This document shows positions 47,161-56,728 of a DNA stretch of 64,000 nucleotides, piece after piece. The notes under the pieces were generated by a model. That model worked only from the letters and a program-made list of their open reading frames with translations. It made no database searches and was not told the DNA's origin. The DNA is from a virus (lineage: Duplodnaviria; Heunggongvirae; Uroviricota; Caudoviricetes), in IMG/VR virus record IMGVR_UViG_3300042946_001496; one strand, written 5' to 3'. The position numbers and the translations under genes are program-made. Within the stretch, counting starts at the first letter, position 1. Every line of letters begins with the position of its first letter.

Positions 47161-47331
47161 ATGTCAAGGAGAAAGAAACCCACACAGAAGATTAAGCTTA
47201 ATATCCGCCCTATCTATGAATTGCCTAAAGGGCATCACAATCATATTAGTGGCAGCGGAGTTCATAATAATGCCCCTAAAAGGGAACGAACCAGGGGCGA
47301 TATTATTCGCAAAATACTTAAAGAGGAATAA
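47161..47331 (+). CDS. small basic protein
   Basis: AAAGGA RBS; MSRRKKPTQKIKLNIRP. Confidence 0.4.
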   Translation: MSRRKKPTQKIKLNIRPIYELPKGHHNHISGSGVHNNAPKRERTRGDIIRKILKEE

Positions 47332-47335
47332 AAAA

Positions 47336-47515
47336 ATGCTTGAAGGTATTCGATCTTTAAACGAACAAATTAAAAGTATGCTTGAAGCTGTTCGTTCTTT
47401 TCAAGAAGAACAAACTCTTTCACAAGCGGAAGTTGATTCTCTAATGAAATCAAAACCAAGACCTAAAATTAAACCTAAGCTATTGCCTAAGCGTCCCGAT
47501 CAACCAATATCTTAA
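47336..47515 (+). CDS. small coiled-coil / basic protein
   Basis: MLEGIRSLNEQIKSMLEAVRSF..KPRPKIKPKLLPKRP. Confidence 0.4.
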   Translation: MLEGIRSLNEQIKSMLEAVRSFQEEQTLSQAEVDSLMKSKPRPKIKPKLLPKRPDQPIS

Positions 47516-47528
47516 TTGTAGTGGCAAG

Positions 47529-47556
47529 TCTGGTGGTACGCTCGTTGGGTGTCGCC
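47529..47556 (+). promoter_or_regulatory. conserved GGTGGTACGCT..GGGTGTCGCC promoter-like motif
   Basis: 88 nt upstream of the 47644 gene. Confidence 0.5.
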
Positions 47557-47643
47557 GTATTAGTTGGTCCCCGTGGGACAAAAAGCCGATAAGTAAGATA
47601 TAGATCCCTTAATTAGTAAAACAAAAAAAGTAAAAGGAAAATT

Positions 47644-48132
47644 ATGCCTATCGACCATGAAGATCACGCACGGCTTCATTCTGCTATCAAGGTTGTCGAA
47701 AACGCTGAGTTTAAACTTCTCACAGCACATAAGAACGAAGATACTTCTTGTGCAGTTAAAAGTGTAATCAATGCTTTGGATCGTGCAAAATCTATTGCAA
47801 GCGAAATGCTTGATAAGATTGAAAACAAGGTGAACAAAGCTCCTCATCAAATTAGCGTTAAGGTTTATGATCTCGGCGGAATTGATTGCCTTGAAGGTTC
47901 GTGTCCTTTTAAAAAGGAGTGTGCTAATCACGAAACTGCTGGCGACTTTAGGAGTGAAGACGGGTTTACTCCTGAGCTTTACAAAGAAGGAGAAGTTTTC
48001 TTTTGCAAGACTAAAAACAAGCCTGCAAATGCAAAATATCCTGAACTTCCGTTTGAAACTAAAGGAAATGGATCACTTATAATTAAAAATAGTGAATTGG
48101 TAATTCATGATGACCGGCTCGAAGCGTTTTAG
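47644..48132 (+). CDS. hypothetical Cys-containing protein
   Basis: ORF downstream of the conserved motif. Confidence 0.5.
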   Translation: MPIDHEDHARLHSAIKVVENAEFKLLTAHKNEDTSCAVKSVINALDRAKSIASEMLDKIENKVNKAPHQISVKVYDLGGIDCLEGSCPFKKECANHETAGDFRSEDGFTPELYKEGEVFFCKTKNKPANAKYPELPFETKGNGSLIIKNSELVIHDDRLEAF

Positions 48133-48143
48133 GGATAAAACTA

Positions 48144-48473
48144 ATGCAACAACAAATCAATGAATGGCTTGAGGTTCTGGTTGAAAAATCCAATGATGTT
48201 CATTTGCCGCATAGAGACATTAAATATGTTCTTGAGCCTGGACGTAAATATACTAAAGTTGTAAGAGAAGAATGGTGGGATAATTCCGATAGAGTCTCAA
48301 AAAGCGTTCATGCGTTCATTGATAATTCTAACGGTGATATTTACAAAGCGGCTGGATGGAAGGCTCCTGCTAAAAATGGAGCAAGATTCAATGTAGTAAA
48401 TGACATTGAAACTTTGCTTCAAGTTTGTGATCCATTCGGTAGTTATCTTTACAAACTAAACAGGAGTTTTTAA
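48144..48473 (+). CDS. hypothetical protein
   Basis: ORF. Confidence 0.5.
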   Translation: MQQQINEWLEVLVEKSNDVHLPHRDIKYVLEPGRKYTKVVREEWWDNSDRVSKSVHAFIDNSNGDIYKAAGWKAPAKNGARFNVVNDIETLLQVCDPFGSYLYKLNRSF

Positions 48474-48652
48474 TGGAAAGTTTGGTAGGAAAAACGGTGT
48501 CTGCCGTTAGGTATGTTGATCCTTGGGAAAATGGACTAAAAATCACGTTTACTGATGGGACAACCCTTGAGGTAACAGAAGCCAGACAAGCGGGTGAAAT
48601 TAAAGTATCTATTGACAACAAAGTAATCAAATCAGAAACACCACTGACATGA
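48473..48652 (+). CDS. small hypothetical protein (59 aa)
   Basis: CAGGAG RBS; ATGA coupling at both ends. Confidence 0.4.
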   Translation: MESLVGKTVSAVRYVDPWENGLKITFTDGTTLEVTEARQAGEIKVSIDNKVIKSETPLT

Positions 48653-49167
48653 TCCCAATCAGTAAAATCAAAAAAAGTGTTGTTGAAGATGTTCGTAACT
48701 TCAAAAACAAATGGAAGTGTTGCTTTAATGATCCTCCTCCAAAGGGTTCAAATATCTTTGCACTAATGATTTGCAAAGATATTTATCCTAGCACTAAGTT
48801 TGATGAAGACAACGCCCCAGATATTGTTCATGTTTATGTTGGGGAAGAAATTCCTTATCCTTGTAGCCGATATTATTTTATCGGACATGGTGATGGAAGC
48901 GGTGGTAAAATCCCTCCTTCAAATGATAATGTGTTTGAAAGGCGTGATTATGAACTTATTCTTTGGATTGATGAGAATGATTACTACAACTTCTCAATGT
49001 CTGTGAATGAGTATAATCCTAATCCTTGGATTTTCGTAAAAGAATATAACGGAAATTACGAAGAAGCATTTCAAGAAATGGCTAAACTTCAAGAAAATGA
49101 TCCTGAATACGCCTATCGTATTTGGGATGATAGAGAAAATATCAACAATCCCATAAATCAAAAGTAA
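48649..49167 (+). CDS. hypothetical protein
   Basis: ORF. Confidence 0.5.
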   Translation: MIPISKIKKSVVEDVRNFKNKWKCCFNDPPPKGSNIFALMICKDIYPSTKFDEDNAPDIVHVYVGEEIPYPCSRYYFIGHGDGSGGKIPPSNDNVFERRDYELILWIDENDYYNFSMSVNEYNPNPWIFVKEYNGNYEEAFQEMAKLQENDPEYAYRIWDDRENINNPINQK

Positions 49168-49202
49168 TTTACTTCTTTTCATCCTAAATCTGGTAAAGAC
49201 CA

Positions 49203-49613
49203 ATGAACACTCACGCCATCTTGTTGAACTTGAATGATCTTGAGATTAAGCTGCTTCGTGATGCAACTGCTAATCTTGACACTGACTGCGTTAATAACGT
49301 CACCCTCCAACTTAAGATTGCTAATGCAATTCTTGATAGCAGTTATCGCCTTCCGCCAATTCAACAAGAACCTTTTGTTGATTTTTCCGGTCTTGGTGTT
49401 ACTAAAAGCTCGTCAATTGATACAATTAAGCCACTCGACAGGGTTAGGATCAAGTGCGGCGAAGGTCATGTAGCAAAAGTTATCAATACATGTAATGGCG
49501 ACATGATTAAAGTTGTTCTTGACCAAGCTATGGAAGTTCGTTGTTATAATGGTGATGTTGCACACCTGCACAGCGTTTGGGTTACACCCTCAGACGGCAT
49601 AAAAAAGATTTAA
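49203..49613 (+). CDS. hypothetical protein
   Basis: ORF. Confidence 0.5.
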   Translation: MNTHAILLNLNDLEIKLLRDATANLDTDCVNNVTLQLKIANAILDSSYRLPPIQQEPFVDFSGLGVTKSSSIDTIKPLDRVRIKCGEGHVAKVINTCNGDMIKVVLDQAMEVRCYNGDVAHLHSVWVTPSDGIKKI

Positions 49614-49615
49614 AT

Positions 49616-49714
49616 ATGGGCGTTATGCCATGTAGTTGCAAAAATTGTAAGAAAATCATGTGTGACTACTATTTCGAGAATATTGGCTATCTTTGCAATC
49701 ATGTCAATTCATAA
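49616..49714 (+). CDS. small Cys-rich peptide (paralog of the N-terminus of the 55240 ORF)
   Basis: MGVMPCSCKNCKKIMCDYYFENIGYLCN versus MGVMSCSRSQCYNIMCDLCIYDIGYVCS. Confidence 0.4.
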   Translation: MGVMPCSCKNCKKIMCDYYFENIGYLCNHVNS

Positions 49715-49742
49715 TGAATACTCGCAGGGAAGAGAGGTAAAT

Positions 49743-49988
49743 ATGAACTATGGAAATTGTTTAGTTTGTGCGTTTTTCATATACTTTAAGGAAAGACACA
49801 ACAATCCAAAGTTCATACTTACCAATAGACCTGGAACCTTAGTGCCACACTTTATGGTAAGATCGACAACTGGATTTCATCACTACAAAACCGTTAAAGA
49901 TATTCTTCCTTTTCCTTTTTGCTACTTGCTTTTCAAAGGCGAATTTCAAACAATCCCTGCTGTGGATGGGTGGTCACTTGAAAAGTAA
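49743..49988 (+). CDS. hypothetical protein
   Basis: AGAGAGG RBS. Confidence 0.4.
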   Translation: MNYGNCLVCAFFIYFKERHNNPKFILTNRPGTLVPHFMVRSTTGFHHYKTVKDILPFPFCYLLFKGEFQTIPAVDGWSLEK

Positions 49989-50026
49989 CCTTAACAAGGA
50001 TTGGTAACTAACCAACGAATCATCAT

Positions 50027-50236
50027 ATGTGTTCAAATTGCTTAGCACTTCAAAATAAACTTGAACACTCTAAATTTGAGAATGAGCAAAAAATAGCTCG
50101 TCAACGATATGAGCTAAAATCAAAGCTAGAACATTGTTTAAATGAAGCTCTGCTTCTTATCGACAGACCATCACCTAACCTTGATATGGCAATAAGTCGA
50201 ATTCTACTGGCTAAAGAGATTTTAAAAAACAATTAA
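50027..50236 (+). CDS. hypothetical protein
   Basis: ORF. Confidence 0.4.
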   Translation: MCSNCLALQNKLEHSKFENEQKIARQRYELKSKLEHCLNEALLLIDRPSPNLDMAISRILLAKEILKNN

Positions 50237-50246
50237 TTGCTATCGT

Positions 50247-50274
50247 AGTTGGTGGTACGCTGGGAGGGTGTCGC
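50247..50274 (+). promoter_or_regulatory. conserved GGTGGTACGCTGGGAGGGTGTCGC promoter-like motif
   Basis: Consensus copy; 74 nt upstream of the start. Confidence 0.5.
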
Positions 50275-50347
50275 TAATATCCATCACAAGCCACCTAGAA
50301 AGCCTGTAGAGGGCGAGTATAGGTGGAGAAACAAGAGGGCTACAAAA

Positions 50348-50809
50348 ATGGACAACCACGTTAGACTCGCAATCAGCAAGGTTAAAGACGATGGTGTTAG
50401 GGACAATGTTGCTCCCGGTGAGTATAATATTGATGCCACTATTAGGATTCGTGGAAATCTTGTGGTTGGCGAAGATTATGAGCGAGCCACAAGTACGGTT
50501 TTGCCGCACACTGAAGTTTTGGCTTACGCTTTGCATCTTGCTGGTATTCAGCAAGATAGGGCAATCAGCATCATCAGAGATAGCGTTAAGGCTTGTTTGA
50601 CCAATGGCGAAAGTGCCGTTGGTAAGATTAGGGATAACATTCCTACTATTGAGGCTGAGATCAATCGAATCAAGCAAGAGATCGTCAACCAACTTCCCAA
50701 GCAACAGTGTAAGGGTAATGTTAAGTTTGCTCTTACTACTATTGAGTCTGTTGAGGGGGACAAGACTATTCAGGAAGCTAACGATATTCTTCGTGAGCTT
50801 ATGGGTTAA
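50348..50809 (+). CDS. member of the HTH-paralog family, sharing the family's C-terminal signature
   Basis: C-terminal EANDILRELMG matches EQANAILEQLMG / ANEILRQLGMN / ATNILDELG. Confidence 0.5.
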   Translation: MDNHVRLAISKVKDDGVRDNVAPGEYNIDATIRIRGNLVVGEDYERATSTVLPHTEVLAYALHLAGIQQDRAISIIRDSVKACLTNGESAVGKIRDNIPTIEAEINRIKQEIVNQLPKQQCKGNVKFALTTIESVEGDKTIQEANDILRELMG

Positions 50810-50826
50810 CAACAAGGAAATAAATC

Positions 50827-51204
50827 ATGAAGGATTGGGAAGTCCAAGCTAATCGCATGATGATAGGTGTTGTTGTCTTTCTTGCTGCGTTGGTTCCGGC
50901 GACTTTTTGGTATGATGTTAATGTAAAGCAACCAAAAGACAAGATTAATTTTGAAAATCAAATCAAAGAATTAATTGAACTTCGTGCTAAAACTTTTGCG
51001 TTTGGCGGCGAAGTAGTTGGAAAGTTAAGAGATGGCAGAACCGTTACTTTGTATGTTGTAAGAACAACAAGTTTTCCCCATCATGTTTATGTAGTTGATA
51101 ACAGTTCAAGCGTTAGCACAAACAAAACAGTTCAAACCAGCAAGAATAGTTTTGAAAATCAAGTTGAAACCTTTGTAGAAAGTGAAATTGAAAGTGGACA
51201 CTAA
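50827..51204 (+). CDS. membrane-anchored hypothetical protein
   Basis: N-terminal TM helix. Confidence 0.5.
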   Translation: MKDWEVQANRMMIGVVVFLAALVPATFWYDVNVKQPKDKINFENQIKELIELRAKTFAFGGEVVGKLRDGRTVTLYVVRTTSFPHHVYVVDNSSSVSTNKTVQTSKNSFENQVETFVESEIESGH

Positions 51205-51490
51205 AACCAATTACAGTAATCTTACCACATTCAGAAACAAGCCAGTCTACAGTTTTTATGATGCTCGTTACATGATGGATCTTGGCTGTGGGGATGATGT
51301 TTGGCGTATTTGCGGCATTAGAGACGGAAAACCAATTATGCCAGGCTTTCCTATCAGTATTGATAGGGAGAGCGATACTTTTGAAACAACCAGAAGTATT
51401 TACAAAATCGAAAATTATGATTGCGATAAAACTAAGTTTTGGGATCAAGTTGAAAGTGATATGAAACGTGGTGGATTTGAAATTCACTAA
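51182..51490 (+). CDS. hypothetical protein
   Basis: ORF. Confidence 0.45.
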   Translation: MKLKVDTKTNYSNLTTFRNKPVYSFYDARYMMDLGCGDDVWRICGIRDGKPIMPGFPISIDRESDTFETTRSIYKIENYDCDKTKFWDQVESDMKRGGFEIH

Positions 51491-51529
51491 AATATTCTGC
51501 TTAAGCAGAAAAAATAAACTCTAACATAG

Positions 51530-51568
51530 AAGGTATGTTGCTTAATCGGCAACATACCTTTTTTTGTT
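51530..51568 (+). terminator. rho-independent terminator
   Basis: aaggtatgttgc..ggcaacatacctt hairpin followed by a T7 run; preceded by a smaller ctgcttaagcag hairpin. Confidence 0.8.
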
Positions 51569-51586
51569 TATAAGAAGGAAAAGAAA

Positions 51587-52138
51587 ATGATATACATTAT
51601 TAGCGATCCACATTTTGGACACTCTAATATAATTTCTTATTGTAATCGTCCATTTGATAATGTTCACGAGATGGATCAATATATCCTAGATCAGATAAAT
51701 CTTGTGGTTAAAGAGAAAGATATTCTTTATTTTCTTGGAGACTTTTGTCATAAAAACAAAAGTCCACTTGAGTACAGGAATAAAATAAAATGCAAGAAGG
51801 TTCATCTAATACTTGGAAACCATGATCTCATACATCACAAAAAAAATCTTTTTAACGAAGGTTTTGAAAGTGTTGATTTTGTAAAAGAGATAATCTATTG
51901 TAATCAAAAAATATTTATGAGTCATTATTGCCATAAGGTATGGCCCTCTAGTCATAAGGGATCATTTATGTGCTATGGTCATACACACTCAAAATTTGAT
52001 AAAGATGACAAAAAGGCTAATCTTAAAGTTTTAGATGTTGGTGTTGATAATTGTGTAAATTACAACAAACCTTTTGGGCAACCATTTAGTTTTAAAGAAA
52101 TTCAAAATATAATGTTTAAGATGAGACCACAAAATTAA
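51587..52138 (+). CDS. calcineurin-like metallophosphoesterase
   Basis: Motifs DPHFGH, GDF, GNHD, GHTH in canonical order. Confidence 0.8.
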   Translation: MIYIISDPHFGHSNIISYCNRPFDNVHEMDQYILDQINLVVKEKDILYFLGDFCHKNKSPLEYRNKIKCKKVHLILGNHDLIHHKKNLFNEGFESVDFVKEIIYCNQKIFMSHYCHKVWPSSHKGSFMCYGHTHSKFDKDDKKANLKVLDVGVDNCVNYNKPFGQPFSFKEIQNIMFKMRPQN

Positions 52139-52144
52139 ATTTTT

Positions 52145-52264
52145 ATGAAAAACAAAAATAAATTATTTAAAAGCTTTGTGAATAAAACTTGCAAAAAATG
52201 CAAAGAGAGTATAAAACTCGTTCCAGGGAGTAAGAAAATTTACTTTTGTGGTTGTTGGCGATAA
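52145..52264 (+). CDS. small Zn-ribbon LLDSF-like peptide (39 aa)
   Basis: MKNKNKLFKSFVNKTCKKCKE...CGCW. Confidence 0.4.
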   Translation: MKNKNKLFKSFVNKTCKKCKESIKLVPGSKKIYFCGCWR

Positions 52265-52317
52265 AAAGCAGTTTAGGAGAATTTGTGGCAAAATTACTAG
52301 CCCGAAACTGATCAAAA

Positions 52318-53046
52318 ATGGAATATAAAAATATTTTTAGACACAGAGGGCAGTCTTACGATCTAGCCATGAGGAACTATCCTGATGCTAGAAACGAAGA
52401 ATTTTATCAACTATTTGATAGATATCCAATTAAAAACAAAGAGACCATATTAGACATACCATCTCTTGGCGGGTATTTAAAAAAATATTGTCCAGAAGAC
52501 AGTACTGTATTATCATTAGATTTTTCTGAATCTATTAATAGTATAGCGGTAGTATCTCCTTATGAAAAATGGCCAACCCCCAAACTTGATAGAATAGTAT
52601 GCCTTGCATCAATTCATCATGTGCAAAAATTAGATTTATTTTTAGATAATATTGCATTGCACACGAAAGACAAAGGATTAATTCATTTAGCAGATGTCTC
52701 ACTTGGTAGTAATATTTCGTTTTTTTTAGACGAATTCGTTGGTAAGTACACCTCAACAGGTGAACACAAAGGACTTTACTATGATTGGAATGTGGTTAAA
52801 TTTCCCAAAGACTTGTCTATATTAAATATTTCCGACATATCGTGTCCTTGGATATTTAATTCAAAAAACGACATGATCAATTATTCTAGACTATTGTTTG
52901 ATTTACAGAATATTACTGATGGTGAGATATTGAGTGGATTAGAAAAATATATAGGGTACAAAAAAGAGGCTAATAGTTCTGTGTTTTTGAATTGGCATTT
53001 AACATATATTGATCTTGAGTATAATTTAAATGAAAAACCTACTTGA
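52318..53046 (+). CDS. hypothetical protein (possible Rossmann-like fold; weak)
   Basis: ORF; its C-terminus NEKPT-stop overlaps an LLDSF-family start. Confidence 0.5.
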   Translation: MEYKNIFRHRGQSYDLAMRNYPDARNEEFYQLFDRYPIKNKETILDIPSLGGYLKKYCPEDSTVLSLDFSESINSIAVVSPYEKWPTPKLDRIVCLASIHHVQKLDLFLDNIALHTKDKGLIHLADVSLGSNISFFLDEFVGKYTSTGEHKGLYYDWNVVKFPKDLSILNISDISCPWIFNSKNDMINYSRLLFDLQNITDGEILSGLEKYIGYKKEANSSVFLNWHLTYIDLEYNLNEKPT

Positions 53047-53101
53047 TAGTTTTGTAGACTTAAAATGTCCATGGTGTCCTTCTGTTAAGCTAGAACGTTG
53101 A
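53030..53101 (+). pseudogene. truncated Zn-ribbon LLDSF-family remnant (23 aa)
   Basis: MKNLLDSFVDLKCPWCPSVKLER-stop. Confidence 0.3.
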
Positions 53102-53150
53102 AATATATGTATAGTAGAATTATTGCTAATGATCAATATATAAAGTTATT

Positions 53151-54416
53151 ATGAACTTTTATGAATTCTACAATCTAGTCGCTGAAAACGTTGAAGAAAA
53201 TTTTGACAAATGGCTAGATGCTTTGATTAAGTATGCAAAAAAAGATGAATTAGTATTCAGCGGCTGGTTCGATGTGCGTGCATTTAATCGAGTTGTTATC
53301 ATAAATGTTCTTAAAGAGCAAAATCTTGAAAACTTTAATTGGTTTAGTTTCTGTATTGGTTACTATGCTGTCAAACCAGCGTTTAGAAAAGAAGACTTAG
53401 AGATGGCAATAACTGCAACCAAAAAAGCTGTTGATAGTGGCGAGTTGCCTAAAGCTGAGATAGGAGTCAAGGGTTGGTTTAAAATTGGCTTCGAAGCACC
53501 TGAAAGAGTAAGAAAATATCTTGCAGGTCAAAATCAATTAAGTAACAGAGAAGCTTTAAAAAGAAAAAAGCTTGGTCAAGCAGAATTAGACCGTAAGTTT
53601 GTACAATTAATAGCAAGTGAAAAAGAATATAAAATATACTATTTGCCTAAAAATGCAATAGCTTATGCTGACAATGAACTAAACGCAAATATTGAAGACA
53701 TAAAACAAAGACACCAAATATTATGCAAGTTAGGAAAAGATACCGAGTGGTGTACCGCTCAACCTAGTTGGGATGCTCACGAAAGCTACATCAATGATGA
53801 TATTTACATTATTCATCAAATAATAAATATGGATGAAATTCCAATTTATCAATTTACAGATTGTGGAAATCCTAATGAACAGTTTATGGACAATGAAAAT
53901 AATGATGTTGAATATTTGCCTGGAAAGGTTTTCAATATTTTAAAAATACACTTACCAGAAATAATAAGTTGTTATGGTTTAAAAAAAGAATTAGAAGGTG
54001 TTGAAGACTTCTTAAATAGAGAGCTTAAAGATTTAGACGGAATTAAAATAAAAGAAATGGATAAATTGCTCTTATCTTTATTCAAAAAGAAAGACATTAA
54101 TAAAATAAAAGATGTAATGAACAAACTTATTGAATACATAGACAATAAAATAAATTTTATTAAATGGTCAAGCCGGGCGATGAGGTTAACACCAAGCTAC
54201 ACCAAAATTTTAAACTTTACATACATAATTGTTAAAGAAATCGCTCAGCTATCAAGAGAGTCGGGAATCGTTTTCAATATGCCGCAAGCTGAAAAGTTAA
54301 AAGATTTGTTGAAAACAATGGTTGATCTAGACAAAGCTGTAACACACCACTGGCAGAATAAAGATCTTTATAGAAATGTTGACTCACTATTAGCAAAAGA
54401 AACTGGTGAAGATTGA
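53151..54416 (+). CDS. PcfJ-like domain protein with MNFYEFY leader
   Basis: LGKDTEWCTAQPSWDAHESYINDDIYIIHQI core. Confidence 0.5.
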   Translation: MNFYEFYNLVAENVEENFDKWLDALIKYAKKDELVFSGWFDVRAFNRVVIINVLKEQNLENFNWFSFCIGYYAVKPAFRKEDLEMAITATKKAVDSGELPKAEIGVKGWFKIGFEAPERVRKYLAGQNQLSNREALKRKKLGQAELDRKFVQLIASEKEYKIYYLPKNAIAYADNELNANIEDIKQRHQILCKLGKDTEWCTAQPSWDAHESYINDDIYIIHQIINMDEIPIYQFTDCGNPNEQFMDNENNDVEYLPGKVFNILKIHLPEIISCYGLKKELEGVEDFLNRELKDLDGIKIKEMDKLLLSLFKKKDINKIKDVMNKLIEYIDNKINFIKWSSRAMRLTPSYTKILNFTYIIVKEIAQLSRESGIVFNMPQAEKLKDLLKTMVDLDKAVTHHWQNKDLYRNVDSLLAKETGED

Positions 54417-54594
54417 TTAAAAAATTATTTGACTTCTTTAAGAAAAAAGTAGGAGCAAGCGGTAAACTAGTTATTACTGTGACGCCTTCTCCAGACAACA
54501 GGAAGAAAAAACAAGAAGAGCAAAATAAAAAATCACTTCCAACGAGACGACCTTTAAGTGGATAATAAAATCAAAAATTCTGCATAAATAATTC

Positions 54595-54735
54595 ATGTCG
54601 CTTAATTTTTATAAATTACATTTGTTGATAAACGAGTACGGTGAAAAAACAATAGAAGCTCTTGTTCAAAAGTTTAAAAAAGAAGAGCCTGGTCTTACTG
54701 ATCAGATAATAAGATCATTGTACTCGTTGTCTTGA
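54595..54735 (+). CDS. leader-only small ORF (46 aa)
   Basis: MSLNFYKLHLLINEYGEK resembles the MNFHKLYQLINEN / MNFYKL leaders of the large proteins. Confidence 0.35.
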   Translation: MSLNFYKLHLLINEYGEKTIEALVQKFKKEEPGLTDQIIRSLYSLS

Positions 54736-54787
54736 AGGATTTAACCCAAATAATCCTAAAATCAAAAAACCAAATTAAAAAATCTGC

Positions 54788-54815
54788 TCTAGTGGTACGC
54801 TGGGTTTCTGGAGAG
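54788..54815 (+). promoter_or_regulatory. conserved GTGGTACGCTGGG promoter-like motif
   Basis: tctagtggtacgctgggtttctggagag. Confidence 0.5.
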
Positions 54816-54848
54816 AGACTCTGGTTTGAGTTCTTTTAAGGAACAACA

Positions 54849-55031
54849 ATGACTAATTCAGACGAACAAGTATTGATGGGATGTTTGTATGTAGTTTTTG
54901 CGTTGTTGGTTCCGATCATCGCAATTTCGTGCACCAACACTTTATTTGGTCTTCAAATTCAGCCTACTTGGTACAATTATTTGGCTATGGCAATTCTTTT
55001 GTTCATACTTAGAGTGCCGACTGGCAGATAA
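54849..55031 (+). CDS. small membrane protein
   Basis: Two TM helices; downstream of the motif. Confidence 0.45.
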   Translation: MTNSDEQVLMGCLYVVFALLVPIIAISCTNTLFGLQIQPTWYNYLAMAILLFILRVPTGR

Positions 55032-55239
55032 AATCTAGCTTCATTGCAGATTCTAAACACTATGATTTCATAAAACAGTGTAAAAACAAAATGAACAAAA
55101 AGTTCTACTTGAGTTGGGTGTGGAATCCTTTATTCTGGACTATCGAAAAAACCAGAAGATTCAACGGCGGCAATCCTTATGATTGTTATAGGTTTGGACC
55201 GCTCTTTTTAAGAGTATATCTTTAAAAGGAACCAATTTA

Positions 55240-55482
55240 ATGGGCGTTATGTCTTGTAGCCGATCTCAATGCTATAATATCATGTGTGACCTTTGCATTT
55301 ATGACATAGGTTACGTTTGCTCTGATTGTGAAGAAGAATTCAAGGCTGGGTATACTGGTGGTGAAGGTTTCGATGAAATTCGTGAATCGCTTAAGACTTT
55401 CATGGAATCGCCTAAAGTAAAGGTTTGCGTATCTTCAAGCAAAGAGGCTGTGGAAGATTTTTTTAATACTTATCGTTCTTAG
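55240..55482 (+). CDS. small Cys-rich protein
   Basis: MGVMSCSRSQCYNIMCDLCIYDIGYVCSDCEEEF. Confidence 0.5.
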   Translation: MGVMSCSRSQCYNIMCDLCIYDIGYVCSDCEEEFKAGYTGGEGFDEIRESLKTFMESPKVKVCVSSSKEAVEDFFNTYRS

Positions 55483-55489
55483 GAAAAAA

Positions 55490-55717
55490 ATGAAAGTCTC
55501 TGACCTTATTGAACTACTTAGTAATCTTGATCCAAACTCCAGGGTTATTGTACGAAACAAAACCGAGCCAGTAATTTGGGCTGAGGGCGAAGTTACTTGG
55601 TTTCAAGAACTTGCTGTGATCGGTGATGAAGATGAACTTGGATATAGTGTTAGTTGGTGGGAAGAAACCAAACTGTTTAAGGATCTTCTTGAAGGAGAAA
55701 CAAATGAAAATGGATGA
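55490..55717 (+). CDS. hypothetical protein
   Basis: ORF. Confidence 0.45.
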   Translation: MKVSDLIELLSNLDPNSRVIVRNKTEPVIWAEGEVTWFQELAVIGDEDELGYSVSWWEETKLFKDLLEGETNENG

Positions 55718-55907
55718 CTTTAATAAAGTTGATCGGCTGAATATCAAGTTGCTATCAGGTAAAGAGTATATTGGTATGCACTGTATTCGCAATTTCACCA
55801 ATCCTGAAAGCAAAAGACTAACTTTCTTTAATCCAAAAGAAGGTTCCATCATGTCAATTAATTGGAAACTAATTGAGCATGTTTACTTTTATGAAAATGA
55901 AGATTGA
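55704..55907 (+). CDS. hypothetical protein
   Basis: AAGGAG RBS upstream of an internal ATG. Confidence 0.4.
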   Translation: MKMDDFNKVDRLNIKLLSGKEYIGMHCIRNFTNPESKRLTFFNPKEGSIMSINWKLIEHVYFYENED

Positions 55908-55914
55908 TAAAATC

Positions 55915-55941
55915 TCTGTTCGGTGGTACGCTGGTGCTAAG
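55915..55941 (+). promoter_or_regulatory. conserved GGTGGTACGCTGG promoter-like motif
   Basis: tctgttcggtggtacgctggtgctaag. Confidence 0.5.
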
Positions 55942-55973
55942 TTACAGTTTCATAACAAAAAATTGGATAAAAA

Positions 55974-56321
55974 ATGCCGCACCTTGAACGCTTTTACAAC
56001 ATCGGTCATTTGGTAAGCACTTTGCTGAAAAGTATTGAACTTCCGAACCAAAAGAATTACGATCTTCGTAATTTGACAGATGAACAAGCCACTCAAATTA
56101 TTCTTAAGGTGAAAGAATTTTTTGAGTCACGCTTTAATGATTGGTGTGATGGAACATACGATGTAATGAGATGTTGTTTTGTTGATGGTAGTTGTAGTTG
56201 GTTGCTTGACCCACCTACAGACCTCAATAACGATGAAGTTGAAAAACTGATTGATGATTGCTACGATAGCCTTGGTGAAAAAATTCTAAAGCAGAGAGGC
56301 GTGAATGAAAATCAGAATTAA
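55974..56321 (+). CDS. hypothetical protein
   Basis: Downstream of the motif. Confidence 0.5.
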   Translation: MPHLERFYNIGHLVSTLLKSIELPNQKNYDLRNLTDEQATQIILKVKEFFESRFNDWCDGTYDVMRCCFVDGSCSWLLDPPTDLNNDEVEKLIDDCYDSLGEKILKQRGVNENQN

Positions 56322-56649
56322 AGGAATTTCAGTTCCAATTGACGTTAATGATATTGAAGACCCTAATCTTTTGGGTGAATCGCTTAGGGATTTGTTTTTT
56401 GGTACTGAAAAGGGGCGTGGTTGTTATGAAAACTTTGAAGTAGAACCAGGTGTTGAGTATTTAGGTGAGGAACGAGATCCCACTGATTACACTGATCCTG
56501 AATACGCAGTTGTTTACAAAACCTATCAATTTGAAAACATCAAAATGATGTATTATTGGGATGGGGATGGAACTTTGATCTTTATTCTGGGTGATAGGAC
56601 TCTTATGAATAATGATTGCAAGAAAAACTACATTTGGGACTTTGTTTAA
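56305..56649 (+). CDS. hypothetical protein
   Basis: ORF; terminator follows. Confidence 0.5.
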   Translation: MKIRIKGISVPIDVNDIEDPNLLGESLRDLFFGTEKGRGCYENFEVEPGVEYLGEERDPTDYTDPEYAVVYKTYQFENIKMMYYWDGDGTLIFILGDRTLMNNDCKKNYIWDFV

Positions 56650-56673
56650 CACAATTATATAACTTAACGGAAA

Positions 56674-56713
56674 CTCAGGCAAGGACTAACTATCCTTGCC
56701 TGAGTTTTTTTGT
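56674..56713 (+). terminator. rho-independent terminator
   Basis: ctcaggcaagga..tccttgcctgag hairpin followed by a T8 run. Confidence 0.85.
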
Positions 56714-56728
56714 AATTAACACTAAAAA

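Noticed and set aside
52318-53046. SAM-dependent methyltransferase call for the 242-aa protein
   Set aside because: The motif I-like stretch ILDIPSLGGYL lacks the GxGxG signature. The evidence is insufficient, so it is left as hypothetical.
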